Part shown: piece by piece, positions 35,126 through 44,733 of the stretch
How the letters are laid out: each line of letters begins with the position of its first letter
Position numbering within the stretch: the first letter of the stretch is position 1
Assembly: GCA_963715465.1 (NCBI GenBank)
Contig: OY970246.1
Span: 829,969 to 893,968 of the forward strand
Reading direction: 5' to 3'
Origin: an uncultured Flavobacteriaceae bacterium
Lineage (GTDB): Bacteria; Bacteroidota; Bacteroidia; Flavobacteriales; Flavobacteriaceae
Length of the DNA stretch: 64,000 bases
The notes under the pieces: generated by a model
Told to the model about the DNA's origin: nothing
What the model saw: only the letters and a program-made list of their open reading frames with translations
Database searches by the model: none
Made by a program: the position numbers and the translations under genes

Positions 35126-36055
35126 ATGAACTTACAAGCAGAACTCAACAAGGCAGGAGGCTTTAAAAACCTCGAACTTCTTGCGAAGCAAGTGGTGGAG
35201 GGTTTTATTTCAGGTATGCATAAGAGTCCGTTTCACGGGTTCTCTGCAGAATTCGCCGAACATAAGATCTACAACCAAGGCGAAAGTACGCGCCATATTG
35301 ACTGGAAGTTATTTGCAAAGACCGATAAGCTGTATACCAAACGCTATGATGATGAAACAAACTTGCGTTGTCATCTTATCATCGATAATAGTAGCTCGAT
35401 GCATTTTCCCGAATTAAAGGAGTTTAGTATTTCGAAATTGAACAAGATTGGCTTTTCGGCTTTGGCATCGGCATCCTTGATGCATATTTTAAAAAAGCAG
35501 CGCGATGCAGTTGGACTCAGTATCTACAGTGAGGATTATGATTATTACGCGCCAGAAAAAGGAAGCGAGCGGCACCACCAAATGCTGTTGAGTCAATTGG
35601 CACAAACGGTAATCACCAAGCAAATAAACAAGCAAACCGAAACCTATAGGTATCTGCACCAAATTGCCGAAAAAATTCATAGACGATCGTTAATTTTCTT
35701 TTTTACAGATATGTTTCAAACATCAGATGGGAGTGATAAATTATTTGAGGCATTGCGCCATTTGAAGCATAATAAGCACGAAGTGGTTTTATTTCATGTG
35801 ATGGATAAAGCCAAAGAATTAAGGTTTGATTTTGACAATACACCAAAACGTTTTATAGATGTAGAGACCAATGAATTTATCAATCTATATCCCAATACGG
35901 TAAAGGAGAGTTATGAACGTGCTGTGGATGATTACTTTAAGAGTATTAGATTAAAATGCCTACAATATCAAATCAAATACGTTGAGGCCGATATCAATAA
36001 ACCCTTTGATACAATACTCACAACCTACATGGTAGAGCGTCAGAAATTTATTTAA
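35126..36055 (+). CDS. DUF58 domain protein (vWA-like, the family usually found in MoxR/Bat clusters)
   Basis: SPFHGFSAEFAEHKIYNQGESTRHIDWK is the characteristic DUF58 motif region. Confidence 0.75.
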   Translation: MNLQAELNKAGGFKNLELLAKQVVEGFISGMHKSPFHGFSAEFAEHKIYNQGESTRHIDWKLFAKTDKLYTKRYDDETNLRCHLIIDNSSSMHFPELKEFSISKLNKIGFSALASASLMHILKKQRDAVGLSIYSEDYDYYAPEKGSERHHQMLLSQLAQTVITKQINKQTETYRYLHQIAEKIHRRSLIFFFTDMFQTSDGSDKLFEALRHLKHNKHEVVLFHVMDKAKELRFDFDNTPKRFIDVETNEFINLYPNTVKESYERAVDDYFKSIRLKCLQYQIKYVEADINKPFDTILTTYMVERQKFI

Positions 36056-36082
36056 ATTTTGTCAAAAAAGGTGTTTAAATAT

Positions 36083-36112
36083 TTGCAGTATTAAAAAACG
36101 AATGTATATTTG
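36083..36112 (+). promoter_or_regulatory. Candidate sigma-A promoter for tRNA-Asp (TTG-N19-TATATTTG)
   Basis: TTG at 36083-36085 and TATATTTG at 36105-36112, with the 19-nt spacing of the Bacteroidota consensus. Located 37 nt upstream of the tRNA. Confidence 0.45.
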
Positions 36113-36148
36113 CCCTCGCTTGCATTAGCAGGTACGCAATAAAGCAAC

Positions 36149-36222
36149 GGTCTGGTAGTTCAGTTGGTTAGAATGTCGCCCTGTCACGGCGAAGGTCGCG
36201 GGTTCGAGTCCCGTCCAGACCG
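36149..36222 (+). tRNA. tRNA-Asp (anticodon GTC)
   Basis: 74-nt cloverleaf folded by hand: acceptor GGTCTGG/CCAGACC, anticodon stem TCGCC/GGCGA, loop CTGTCAC and T-loop TTCGAGT. CCA is not encoded. Confidence 0.9.
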
Positions 36223-36268
36223 CTACTATTGCAAAATTAAAGCTCTAAGAAATTAGGGTTTTTTTTTT

Positions 36269-36420
36269 AGCAATAGATTCCCGGTTTTATGGGAGTAAGG
36301 TGTTGTGTTGTTCCGAGTAAGATCGGAATGTAGTTGTAAGACACTCAATGTTGTTGAGTGCTTACCAATGAGAAGCTTTCCTTTTTTCTGAATAAGAAGA
36401 TTGGGATGCTTTTTTGTTTT
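36269..36420 (+). repeat. 152-bp direct repeat, copy 1 (left boundary of the EPS island)
   Basis: Differs from 42097-42248 at only 3 positions, all within the first ~32 nt; the last ~120 nt are identical. It contains the hairpin CACTCAA-TGTTG-TTGAGTG and a 3' terminator-like stem followed by TTTTTTGTTTT. Confidence 0.95.
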
Positions 36421-36915
36421 ATCGCCTCTTGGTCTTATCCAGGTGTGTCTCAAGATTTATTTTTTAAGCTTTTATAATCAGTTAATCAACGGTTGGAAGA
36501 CATGCGCATATCGTAACTTAATAGAAATAAAGAGATTCAAAAAGCTTCTAAAAACAACAATGAGAATTTCGGTTTAAGACTGTGGTAACCAAAACGTAGT
36601 GACGAATAGAAATTGATTTCGAAATGATTAAAAGAAGTAAGGTATAGCAATCACCATAAATCTCTATGGCCTTTGATATAGACGAACGATTATTTTATAT
36701 TTTAACTAACAATGACAACATTAAACGTCATCTCAACGATTTGATTTGTGCTTTGGCTAGAATGTTTTGAAATTTGACACCTTTTAAAACTAATATCCTA
36801 TATTTCAAATTAGTACATTTAATCACTACTGAAATGTTTTCTTTTTTTATGACCTAGCAATAATAACTATTAGCTCATAAATAATTGATGTTCTAATCTT
36901 TAAAAATTGTGTCAA

Positions 36916-38265
36916 ATGAAATATAGATTCATTCTCCCTATTCTATATGATCTATTGTTATTTATGTTTTTTGGTCTTATTTTAATGTTGTTTCCTTGGG
37001 GAGGAATTAATGGTATTTATAATTCAGATGGAGTGGTGCATATAAATAGCGAAGGTGATGCTTTGCAGTTATATCGAAATGGAAAACCGTTTTATATTAA
37101 AGGGGCTTCGGGAGATTCTTATTTTGGAGAATTGTCAAATATGGGTGCCAATACAATTCGCGTCTATGACACTTTAAATTTGGCATCGGTATTGGATAAT
37201 GCAGACAAAAATGGTTTGGCTGTGATTGTTGATATCCCTCTGCCGGAATATGATGAAAAATATTCGGAATATGATGATGATACTAAAAATGAAGCGCGTA
37301 AGACTAAGATTAAAAGTTTAGTTAGAACATTTAAGAATTATCCCGCATTACTTATTTGGAATTTAGGCAATGAAGTGCGCTATCCCATCACGTTGATACC
37401 AAATAAATTCATCAAAACCTACAATGATTTGATTGATATTATTCATGAAGAAGACCCTAATCATTTGGTTGGTACAACTGTTCAAAGAAGAATGGATATC
37501 ATGGCTATTTCAAGACATTCTTCAAAATTAGATATCATAGGATATAATATTTTTGGAACTATTGGAAATCTAAAATCAAATATAGAATCATTGAACTCTA
37601 TTTTAGAGAAGCCGTTTCCCTACTATATTAGCGAATGGGGTATTGATGGCTATTGGGAAACTGAGCAAACAACATGGGGAGCGAGTATAGAGCCAACAAG
37701 CACAAAGAAGATTGAACAACTTAGGTATAGATACAATAATTTTATTCGTAATGCAGGTGATGATTGTCAAGGATCATTAATCTTTTATTGGGGGCAAAAG
37801 CATGAGTGTACCAACACTTGGTTTAATGCTTATGGTCAACTCGGTGAGAAGTCTATAATGATTTCTATGCTTGAGATGTTATGGGCAAATAAAGAAGGGA
37901 ATAGCAGTAAGATAGGTCTTGATTATATGTTATTAGATGAAAGGGGAGCTCAAAATAGCATTGTTCTAAATCCAAATAGTTTAATAAAAGCTGAATTGAA
38001 ATTAAAAGAAACCTATGACGATAGTCTTAAAATTAGATGGGAATTGTATCACGATCACTGTAGTTTAGAAAGTATAAGTGATGACATTGGAAACCCAAAA
38101 AAGGTAGAAAATTTATTAACGCCTGAACACGGATTAAGTACAATGCTTAAAACTCCGCTTAAAGAAGGTCCTTATAGAATTTATGCATATCTAGAGAACA
38201 AAGATGGTCTCGTAGGTACATGCAATACGCCTTTTTATGTCTTAGATTCAAAGAATGAGCAATAA
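36916..38265 (+). CDS. Membrane-anchored clan GH-A-like glycoside hydrolase (TIM barrel)
   Basis: N-terminal TM segment, acid/base-type motif LLIWNLGNEV and nucleophile-type motif YYISEWG. ATG at 36916 preferred. Confidence 0.55.
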   Translation: MKYRFILPILYDLLLFMFFGLILMLFPWGGINGIYNSDGVVHINSEGDALQLYRNGKPFYIKGASGDSYFGELSNMGANTIRVYDTLNLASVLDNADKNGLAVIVDIPLPEYDEKYSEYDDDTKNEARKTKIKSLVRTFKNYPALLIWNLGNEVRYPITLIPNKFIKTYNDLIDIIHEEDPNHLVGTTVQRRMDIMAISRHSSKLDIIGYNIFGTIGNLKSNIESLNSILEKPFPYYISEWGIDGYWETEQTTWGASIEPTSTKKIEQLRYRYNNFIRNAGDDCQGSLIFYWGQKHECTNTWFNAYGQLGEKSIMISMLEMLWANKEGNSSKIGLDYMLLDERGAQNSIVLNPNSLIKAELKLKETYDDSLKIRWELYHDHCSLESISDDIGNPKKVENLLTPEHGLSTMLKTPLKEGPYRIYAYLENKDGLVGTCNTPFYVLDSKNEQ

Positions 38266-41200
38266 ACCAACTATTAGCGAACCTACAAAAATAGAATTGT
38301 TGACGATACATCTAATGATTTTAGTTGGGTGTTTTTCTATAGTCAATTTCTTGTATTGGTTTTTACAGCCTGAATATAGATTATATCCGCTTCTATATTG
38401 GCTGTTATGCTTGACATTATTTTATGGCATTTTAAGAACACTGTACATATGGTATTATTATTGGAATATATCGATTCCTAAAATTCAAAGTTCAGAAAAA
38501 ACATTCACTGTTGATATTTTGACTACCTTTTTTCCAGGTGAGCCTTATGAGATGATCCTAACAACGCTGCATGCAATTCAGAGAATATCTTATCCTCACA
38601 CTACATATTTATGTGACGAATCAAATGATCCTTATTTAAAACAAATCTGTAAAAGTATAGGTGTAATTCACGTGACGAGAGATAATCGAATCGGTGCAAA
38701 AGCTGGAAATATTAATAATGCCCTAAAGATAGCAAAAGGAGAAATATGTGTAGTTCTCGATCCAGATCATGTGCCCAGTCCAGATTTCTTAGACCCGATA
38801 ATGCCTTTTTTTAGCGATGCCGAAATTGGATTCGTACAGGTTGTTCAGTCTTATTATAATACAGATGATACTTTGGTAGCTCGAGGTGCGGCAGAGCAAA
38901 CGTATCAGTTTTATGGTCCTATGATGATGACTATGAATTCATATGGTACTGTTAATGCCATAGGAGCCAATTGTACATTTAGAAGAAAAGCATTGAATAG
39001 TATAGGTGGTCATGCTGCAGGTTTGGCAGAAGATATGCATACTGCCATGCTTTTGCATTCCAAAGGTTGGAAATCGGTTTATATCCCGAAGGTTTTAGCA
39101 AAAGGACTTGTCCCTTCTAGCTTAACAGCTTTTTTTAAACAACAACTAAAATGGGCGAGAGGTACATTTGATCTTCTTTTCTTTGTCTACCCTAAGCTTT
39201 TTACAAGGTTCACACTAAGACAAAAGATTCATTACGGACTTCTTCCTCTTCATTATTTTATTGGAGTGCTCTATCTTGTCAATTTCTTGATTCCGATTTT
39301 ATCTCTTTTTCTTTATAAAATGCCGTGGAGTGGCAATATTCTCTATTTTGGATTTATCATAATGCCCATAATTATGAGCAATTTTCTTTTAAGAGTTTAT
39401 ATTCAAAAATGGGTTATTGAGAAAAAGGAACGAGGATTTCACGTTATTGGAGGATTATTACAAATTACATCTTGGTGGTACTATTTTTTAGGATTTGTTT
39501 ACACCATTTTAAGAAAGAAAATACCATATATACCAACACCTAAGCAAGGGGAGAACAGCTCCAACTATAAAATAATAATACCAAACTTAGTGATTGCTGT
39601 TCTATCAATTGCCGCAATAATTTATGGACTCCATAAAAACTTAACTCCGTTCTCTATTATAATGTCTGGATTTGCAGCATTGAATGCAGGTTTTATGATA
39701 TTTAGCATATACTTAAGTAATCAAGAAACCAATAGAAATCAGATTCTTAGGGAAAAGCTACACCAAACTACCGTAACCTTTTTTGTGTCTCTAAAAGGAT
39801 ATTACCGTCAATTATCCAATTATTTATTTCATCTCATAAGACCCATCGCACTAAGTTTGCTTCTCATCATATTAAGTCTATCTATTTTTGCTCAAGTAGA
39901 TTATACTAAAAGTCAGTGGGAAGATGTGAGTGAAAGCGTTATAGAAAGAACACCATTGCGATATTTAGGTATTTTTTACCCTGCTGAAGATAATGGCCTA
40001 TCTAATTTAAAGCAAATTGCTAAATTGGAAAACAAAGAGAATATTAAGTTTGATATTGTATCTCTCTATGTTGCTTGGGGAGACAAAGAGCATATCGCCA
40101 TAAATGATGAGCTAATTTCTGGAATTTATAAAAAAAATGCTATTCCGTTGATAAGTTGGGAGCCTTGGGCTTCTGATTTTTCGATGAACGACAGTCTTCC
40201 AGAATCAAATAAGGAAGATTATATACTTAAGCACATAGCCCATGGTAAGTATGACAATTATATTAAAAGCTACGCAAGGTATTTAAAATCATATGAAAAA
40301 CCAGTTTTCCTTCGTTTTGCTCATGAATTTGATAATCCATTTTATCCTTGGTCAGAAACGGGACTAAATAGCCCGTTGCACTTTAAAGAAGCTTGGGTAC
40401 ATATATATAAAATGTTTAAAGACTGCGGTGCTGGTAATGTGTTCTGGATATGGAATCCATGGAAGGTAGAAAATATGAATAACTATTTTCCAGGGGATGC
40501 TTATGTTGACTGGGTTGGCATTACAGGATTAAATTATGGTCTGGTTAATGAAGAGAATCAGTTGTATTCTTTTGAGAGTCTTTACAGTCCGTTTCATGAT
40601 GCATTAAAAACAGTAACAGACAAACCTGTAATGATTGCAGAGTTTGGATCATTAAATGCAGATGGTCATCAAGAAGAGTGGATAGAGAAAGGGCTTAGGT
40701 CAATTGATCAAAAATTTAAGGACGTAAATGCCGTTGTCCTGTTTAATAGCAATCTGGATAATAACATACCCAATACGCTTAAGGAGACTTCCAATAAACT
40801 AAATTGGACACTCAATTCTTATAGACCATTCCGCTTAAATTTTGCTCACGATTTGCCAGAGTATGTTTTTAATACATCGCTTAAACAAAAAGGAGCAAAG
40901 ATTGATGATACGAGGAAGCAAAATAATAATGTGATTACGCAAATAGAGAAACCTATCACAGCAGTCGCTTATAAAAAAGGACATAACTGGATGTCCAATA
41001 ATTATGTATTAAGTAGAGATGTTCTTGTTGAGGATTTTGGTCTAATGAAGGATATAGGTGTTAGTACCATAAAGTACGAGGGTATTAGTATTTACGATAC
41101 GAATGTAGTCAATATTTCTCGCGAGATGGACATGTCCCTAATTTTTAGCTTCTGGATACCTGAGACCATCAACTTTGCAGAAGATGATGACATGAAACGT

Positions 41201-42079
41201 AGTTTAAGTAATGAGATTCTCGAAAAGGTTAAAGGTTTACTTGGTGAAACGCATATTAGATCATGGTATATAGATAACGACCTACAAGAATACCAAGATA
41301 AAGTATATCATGAACCAGTCTTGACTTTTCAAAAAATGGCTTATTTGAAATGGCTAAGACAATTAATTATAGATATAAAGAAAATCGATTCAATCCGGCC
41401 AGTTATCGCTAATGTAGAGCTTGATTTCGAAACCTTAGATAAAATCGATTATATGCGAGCGCTGGGAGTTAGCCCAGATATATACGGCTTTACTGTAACT
41501 GATAGCGATTTCTTAGAGACTTTTAATAATGACCCGAGAAGTGCGGCCATACAATATATCTTACAGGATGTTGATGCTAATTCATTTTTAGAGTTTAAAC
41601 GCAGTTATAGAAAGGCATCAGTAATACTCGAGAACTGGCAAGATCAATGGGAAAATAATAGTGTTAGTTTTGATGGGTTGATTGATTTTAAAGGTAGAAA
41701 GAAAGCTAGCTACAATGAAATGCTTCAAGATATTTCTAGTACTATCACGTCTAAAAAAGAGAGTTCAATTAGAATATTGGTTCCGTCAATTTTATTATAC
41801 CCTAAAGACGAAGTAACTTATAGTGCGGTAAGCTTACAAGACGGTAAGTGGATTTATCCAGATCCTGATACTAATGATGATTTATTTGAGTGGATTTTAA
41901 TAAAAAAAGACCGTTATAATAATAGATTAGCTATTAAGGATCTAGGCACTGGTGTAGTTAAGAAAATTACGATTCCTAGCGATTACAGCAAATTTGAACT
42001 TATGCTAGTTTATAATAATATAAACGAGAGTACTGTTTATACCGATATAACAGATTTAAATACAAAAATAAACGATTAA
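38255..42079 (+). CDS. Processive GT2 beta-glycan synthase (BcsA/CelA-like) fused to GH26-like and degenerate GH-A-like domains
   Basis: GT2 motifs VVLDPDHVP, GANCTFRRKAL, AEDMHTAMLLHSKGWKSVY and QQLKWARG, with multiple TM segments. The GH26-like block has FLRFAHEFDNPFYPW, YFPGDAYVDWVGITGLNYG and VMIAEFGS. The C-terminal domain is paralogous to the upstream GH but reads IDNDL where NLGNEV is expected. No PilZ motif seen. Confidence 0.7.
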   Translation: MSNKPTISEPTKIELLTIHLMILVGCFSIVNFLYWFLQPEYRLYPLLYWLLCLTLFYGILRTLYIWYYYWNISIPKIQSSEKTFTVDILTTFFPGEPYEMILTTLHAIQRISYPHTTYLCDESNDPYLKQICKSIGVIHVTRDNRIGAKAGNINNALKIAKGEICVVLDPDHVPSPDFLDPIMPFFSDAEIGFVQVVQSYYNTDDTLVARGAAEQTYQFYGPMMMTMNSYGTVNAIGANCTFRRKALNSIGGHAAGLAEDMHTAMLLHSKGWKSVYIPKVLAKGLVPSSLTAFFKQQLKWARGTFDLLFFVYPKLFTRFTLRQKIHYGLLPLHYFIGVLYLVNFLIPILSLFLYKMPWSGNILYFGFIIMPIIMSNFLLRVYIQKWVIEKKERGFHVIGGLLQITSWWYYFLGFVYTILRKKIPYIPTPKQGENSSNYKIIIPNLVIAVLSIAAIIYGLHKNLTPFSIIMSGFAALNAGFMIFSIYLSNQETNRNQILREKLHQTTVTFFVSLKGYYRQLSNYLFHLIRPIALSLLLIILSLSIFAQVDYTKSQWEDVSESVIERTPLRYLGIFYPAEDNGLSNLKQIAKLENKENIKFDIVSLYVAWGDKEHIAINDELISGIYKKNAIPLISWEPWASDFSMNDSLPESNKEDYILKHIAHGKYDNYIKSYARYLKSYEKPVFLRFAHEFDNPFYPWSETGLNSPLHFKEAWVHIYKMFKDCGAGNVFWIWNPWKVENMNNYFPGDAYVDWVGITGLNYGLVNEENQLYSFESLYSPFHDALKTVTDKPVMIAEFGSLNADGHQEEWIEKGLRSIDQKFKDVNAVVLFNSNLDNNIPNTLKETSNKLNWTLNSYRPFRLNFAHDLPEYVFNTSLKQKGAKIDDTRKQNNNVITQIEKPITAVAYKKGHNWMSNNYVLSRDVLVEDFGLMKDIGVSTIKYEGISIYDTNVVNISREMDMSLIFSFWIPETINFAEDDDMKRSLSNEILEKVKGLLGETHIRSWYIDNDLQEYQDKVYHEPVLTFQKMAYLKWLRQLIIDIKKIDSIRPVIANVELDFETLDKIDYMRALGVSPDIYGFTVTDSDFLETFNNDPRSAAIQYILQDVDANSFLEFKRSYRKASVILENWQDQWENNSVSFDGLIDFKGRKKASYNEMLQDISSTITSKKESSIRILVPSILLYPKDEVTYSAVSLQDGKWIYPDPDTNDDLFEWILIKKDRYNNRLAIKDLGTGVVKKITIPSDYSKFELMLVYNNINESTVYTDITDLNTKIND

Positions 42080-42096
42080 AAAAATAAAGTATTTTC

Positions 42097-42248
42097 AGCA
42101 AGAGATTCCCGTTTTTATGGTAGTAAGGTGTTGTGTTGTTCCGAGTAAGATCGGAATGTAGTTGTAAGACACTCAATGTTGTTGAGTGCTTACCAATGAG
42201 AAGCTTTCCTTTTTTCTGAATAAGAAGATTGGGATGCTTTTTTGTTTT
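42097..42248 (+). repeat. 152-bp direct repeat, copy 2 (right boundary of the EPS island)
   Basis: See copy 1. It starts 17 nt after the synthase stop codon. Confidence 0.95.
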
Positions 42249-42446
42249 GTACTAAGACCATGAAGCATTAGACTTTTTAAGGTGTTTTGCTTTTAAAAAA
42301 CTCAAAATTATACTTTAAGTTGTTCACAGCTTTCGAAAACGTCCTCCAAAACCACGCATGTATAGACATCATATCTAGATTTTTTATCTTTTGCTTATTT
42401 AGGCAATAGAAGGACAGGCTATTTTAATATTTAACAACTATAAAAT

Positions 42447-42469
42447 TAGTTTAAACTAAACTTTTAGTT
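42447..42469. promoter_or_regulatory. Overlapping palindromes upstream of blaI-like gene 1, a candidate operator
   Basis: TAGTTTAAACTA (a perfect 12-bp palindrome, 42447-42458) overlaps AACTAAA-CT-TTTAGTT (42454-42469). They lie about 35-55 nt upstream of the ATG at 42503. Confidence 0.4.
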
Positions 42470-42502
42470 ATATTTGCGTATTGAAAATTGAAAATACAGC
42501 TC

Positions 42503-42862
42503 ATGAAACAACTCACCAAAGCCGAAGAAGAAATTATGCACATCTTATGGCAACTCGAAAAAGCCAATGTAGCCGCCATAATTGAAAAGCTCCCTGAGCC
42601 AAAACCTGCCTATAATACGGTATCCACAATTGTTAGAATACTAGAAAATAAAGGTTTTGTAGATTATGAAAAGCAAGGTAAAGGTCACATTTACTTTGCG
42701 CTGGTGAAAAAACAGGAGTATAGTAATCAATCCATAAATAATCTCGTTGACAACTATTTTCATGGCTCATTTAAAAGTATGGTGTCGTTTTTTGTGAAGA
42801 AAAATGACGTCGATTTAAAAGATATGGAGGCCATATTAAAGGATATCAATAACACTAAATAA
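42503..42862 (+). CDS. BlaI/MecI/CopY-family transcriptional repressor
   Basis: Winged-helix N-terminus (LTKAEEEIMHILW...YNTVSTIVRILENKGFV), ~120 aa, immediately upstream of an M56 gene. Confidence 0.85.
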   Translation: MKQLTKAEEEIMHILWQLEKANVAAIIEKLPEPKPAYNTVSTIVRILENKGFVDYEKQGKGHIYFALVKKQEYSNQSINNLVDNYFHGSFKSMVSFFVKKNDVDLKDMEAILKDINNTK

Positions 42863-42867
42863 ACGCT

Positions 42868-44733
42868 ATGTTACATTATGTTTTGCAGGTTATTGCGTTT
42901 CAGATCGTTTTTTTAATGGTCTACGATTTTTTTCTTCGGAAGGAGACGTTCTTTAATTTAAATCGCATTTATTTGTTAGCTACTGCGGTGCTTTCCGTCG
43001 TGATTCCTTTTATAAAGATCGACCAGATCAAAACGGTGGTTTCAAAAGATTTTGTGATTACATTGCCAGAGGTCATTCTTGGTGCGCCGTCTAACATAGC
43101 AAGCACTATCGATCCACAAATTGCCATGGAAGCTGGCATCAACCTAGCGCCTCAACCCATACCTTTTTGGACCATTATTTTCATTTCTGGCATCTGCTTG
43201 GCAGCTCTAGTGTTTATTATAAAAATGTCAAAATTACTGCTGCTCAGTTCTAAATTTCCTAAACAACAGCATGGAAAGGTCACGATCATTCATATTCATA
43301 ATAGTACCAAGGCATTCTCATTTTTCAATATCGTTTTTTTAGGAGATAGTTTAAATGAGAACGATCAAGGTTCCATTTTACAGCATGAATTAGTGCACGT
43401 ACAACAGCACCACTCGTTTGATCTTCTGCTTTTTGAACTCTTCAAAATTGTGTTCTGGTTCAATCCGTTGGTATATATCTATCAAAGCCGAATCGCGACC
43501 TTACATGAATATATCGCAGATTCTAAATCCATAAAACAGCAACCTAAAACCGATTACTACAATAAGTTATTGGCTCAAGTTTTCGAGACTCAAAAATTCT
43601 CATTCATCAATCCTTTTTTCAAACAATCACTAATCAAAAAACGAATCGTTATGTTAAGCAAATCAAGATCAAAGCACATTCAACTCACCAAATACGCACT
43701 TCTATTTCCTATCATATTGGCCATGTTACTTTACACCTCATCCTACGCTCAGGATACTATAGTGGAGACTTCGGAAACTTTAACGCAGGACTATCAAGCG
43801 TTATCAGATGATGAATTGAAGCAAAAGCTGCGTGAAGAGCTTACGCAAATGCAGCGGGACAGAACATCTTTCGACAAGCTATATCAACTTGCCAGTCACA
43901 TCAATGATACCTATCTGCTTTCTCGCGTCGATTATTACCGATTGGAAATCTTTCTAGAAGACATGTCACAATCTAAGATTGATAGAGGATCAACCGAAGG
44001 AAAAGCTTCAAAAGGTGATGTCGAACAAGATGACCGCTTGGTTTCCCGAAATTTTAAAAACTATAAAGAGTATGTAACGTATAAAAATACAGCCGAAGCA
44101 AAAGCAAAATGGGAAAATAAGGATACAGATGGTGTTCTTAAATTATTTGTTGAGGACATTAGCACGATGACTTCCGAAGAAAAAGTTAGAAAAGAGAATA
44201 AACTTAATAAGTTAAAAACAGATCCATTTTATGATAAGCTCATAATTTCAGAATTATATGACCAAAACATTTTTTACTCTGAAACACCCAAGACCGTCAC
44301 AGAAATTGAAATCATCAAAGAAACCAAAATAATCGATTCTTCTTCACAGGTACCATTTAATATTGTAGATGAGGTACCAATTTTTAAAGGCTGTGAGGAT
44401 TTTGAAACCAATAAACAGCGTAAAGAATGCATGAGTACTAATATATCAAAGCATGTCGTTGAAAATTTTGATACTAAAATGGCAAAAGCACTTGGATTGA
44501 CTGGGAGGCAACGCATTAACGTCACTTTCAAAATTGATAAAGAAGGTCATGTCATTGAGGTAAAATCAAGAGCGCCTCATCCTGCTTTAGAAGAAGAAGC
44601 CAAACGTGTGATCAATACGTTACCACCATTTATTGCTGGAAAACAAAAGGGTATAAATGTGATTGTGCCTTACAGCTTGCCAATTATATTTCAAGTCAAT
44701 AGTGACCACGACCATCCTGAAAAGAAAAATTAA
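42868..44733 (+). CDS. BlaR1-like M56 metallopeptidase sensor fused to a C-terminal TonB-C-like domain
   Basis: N-terminal TM segments, HELVHVQQHH zinc motif, and a C-terminal VDEVPIFKGC...C...INVTFKIDKEGHV...VPYSLPIIF region of TonB-C type. Confidence 0.8.
   Translation: MLHYVLQVIAFQIVFLMVYDFFLRKETFFNLNRIYLLATAVLSVVIPFIKIDQIKTVVSKDFVITLPEVILGAPSNIASTIDPQIAMEAGINLAPQPIPFWTIIFISGICLAALVFIIKMSKLLLLSSKFPKQQHGKVTIIHIHNSTKAFSFFNIVFLGDSLNENDQGSILQHELVHVQQHHSFDLLLFELFKIVFWFNPLVYIYQSRIATLHEYIADSKSIKQQPKTDYYNKLLAQVFETQKFSFINPFFKQSLIKKRIVMLSKSRSKHIQLTKYALLFPIILAMLLYTSSYAQDTIVETSETLTQDYQALSDDELKQKLREELTQMQRDRTSFDKLYQLASHINDTYLLSRVDYYRLEIFLEDMSQSKIDRGSTEGKASKGDVEQDDRLVSRNFKNYKEYVTYKNTAEAKAKWENKDTDGVLKLFVEDISTMTSEEKVRKENKLNKLKTDPFYDKLIISELYDQNIFYSETPKTVTEIEIIKETKIIDSSSQVPFNIVDEVPIFKGCEDFETNKQRKECMSTNISKHVVENFDTKMAKALGLTGRQRINVTFKIDKEGHVIEVKSRAPHPALEEEAKRVINTLPPFIAGKQKGINVIVPYSLPIIFQVNSDHDHPEKKN

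Noticed and set aside
34411-36055. ClpP-like plus DUF58 as a possible novel protease or defence pair.
   Set aside because: The genes are separated by a 170-nt spacer with no coupling. ClpP has an intact canonical triad, and DUF58 is a common MoxR-associated family. Nothing in the sequence links them functionally.
36253-36453. 66-aa minus-strand ORF overlapping direct repeat copy 1.
   Set aside because: It lies antisense to a repeat with terminator-like structure, and the same sequence at copy 2 is not called as an ORF by the track. It is basic and low-complexity, so it is considered spurious.
36421-36906. Search for an integrase, excisionase or transposase remnant at the island edge next to tRNA-Asp.
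   Set aside because: No ORF of useful length and no recognisable recombinase motif appear in any frame by eye. The direct repeats do not include the tRNA 3' end, so a classical tRNA-att integrative element cannot be claimed.
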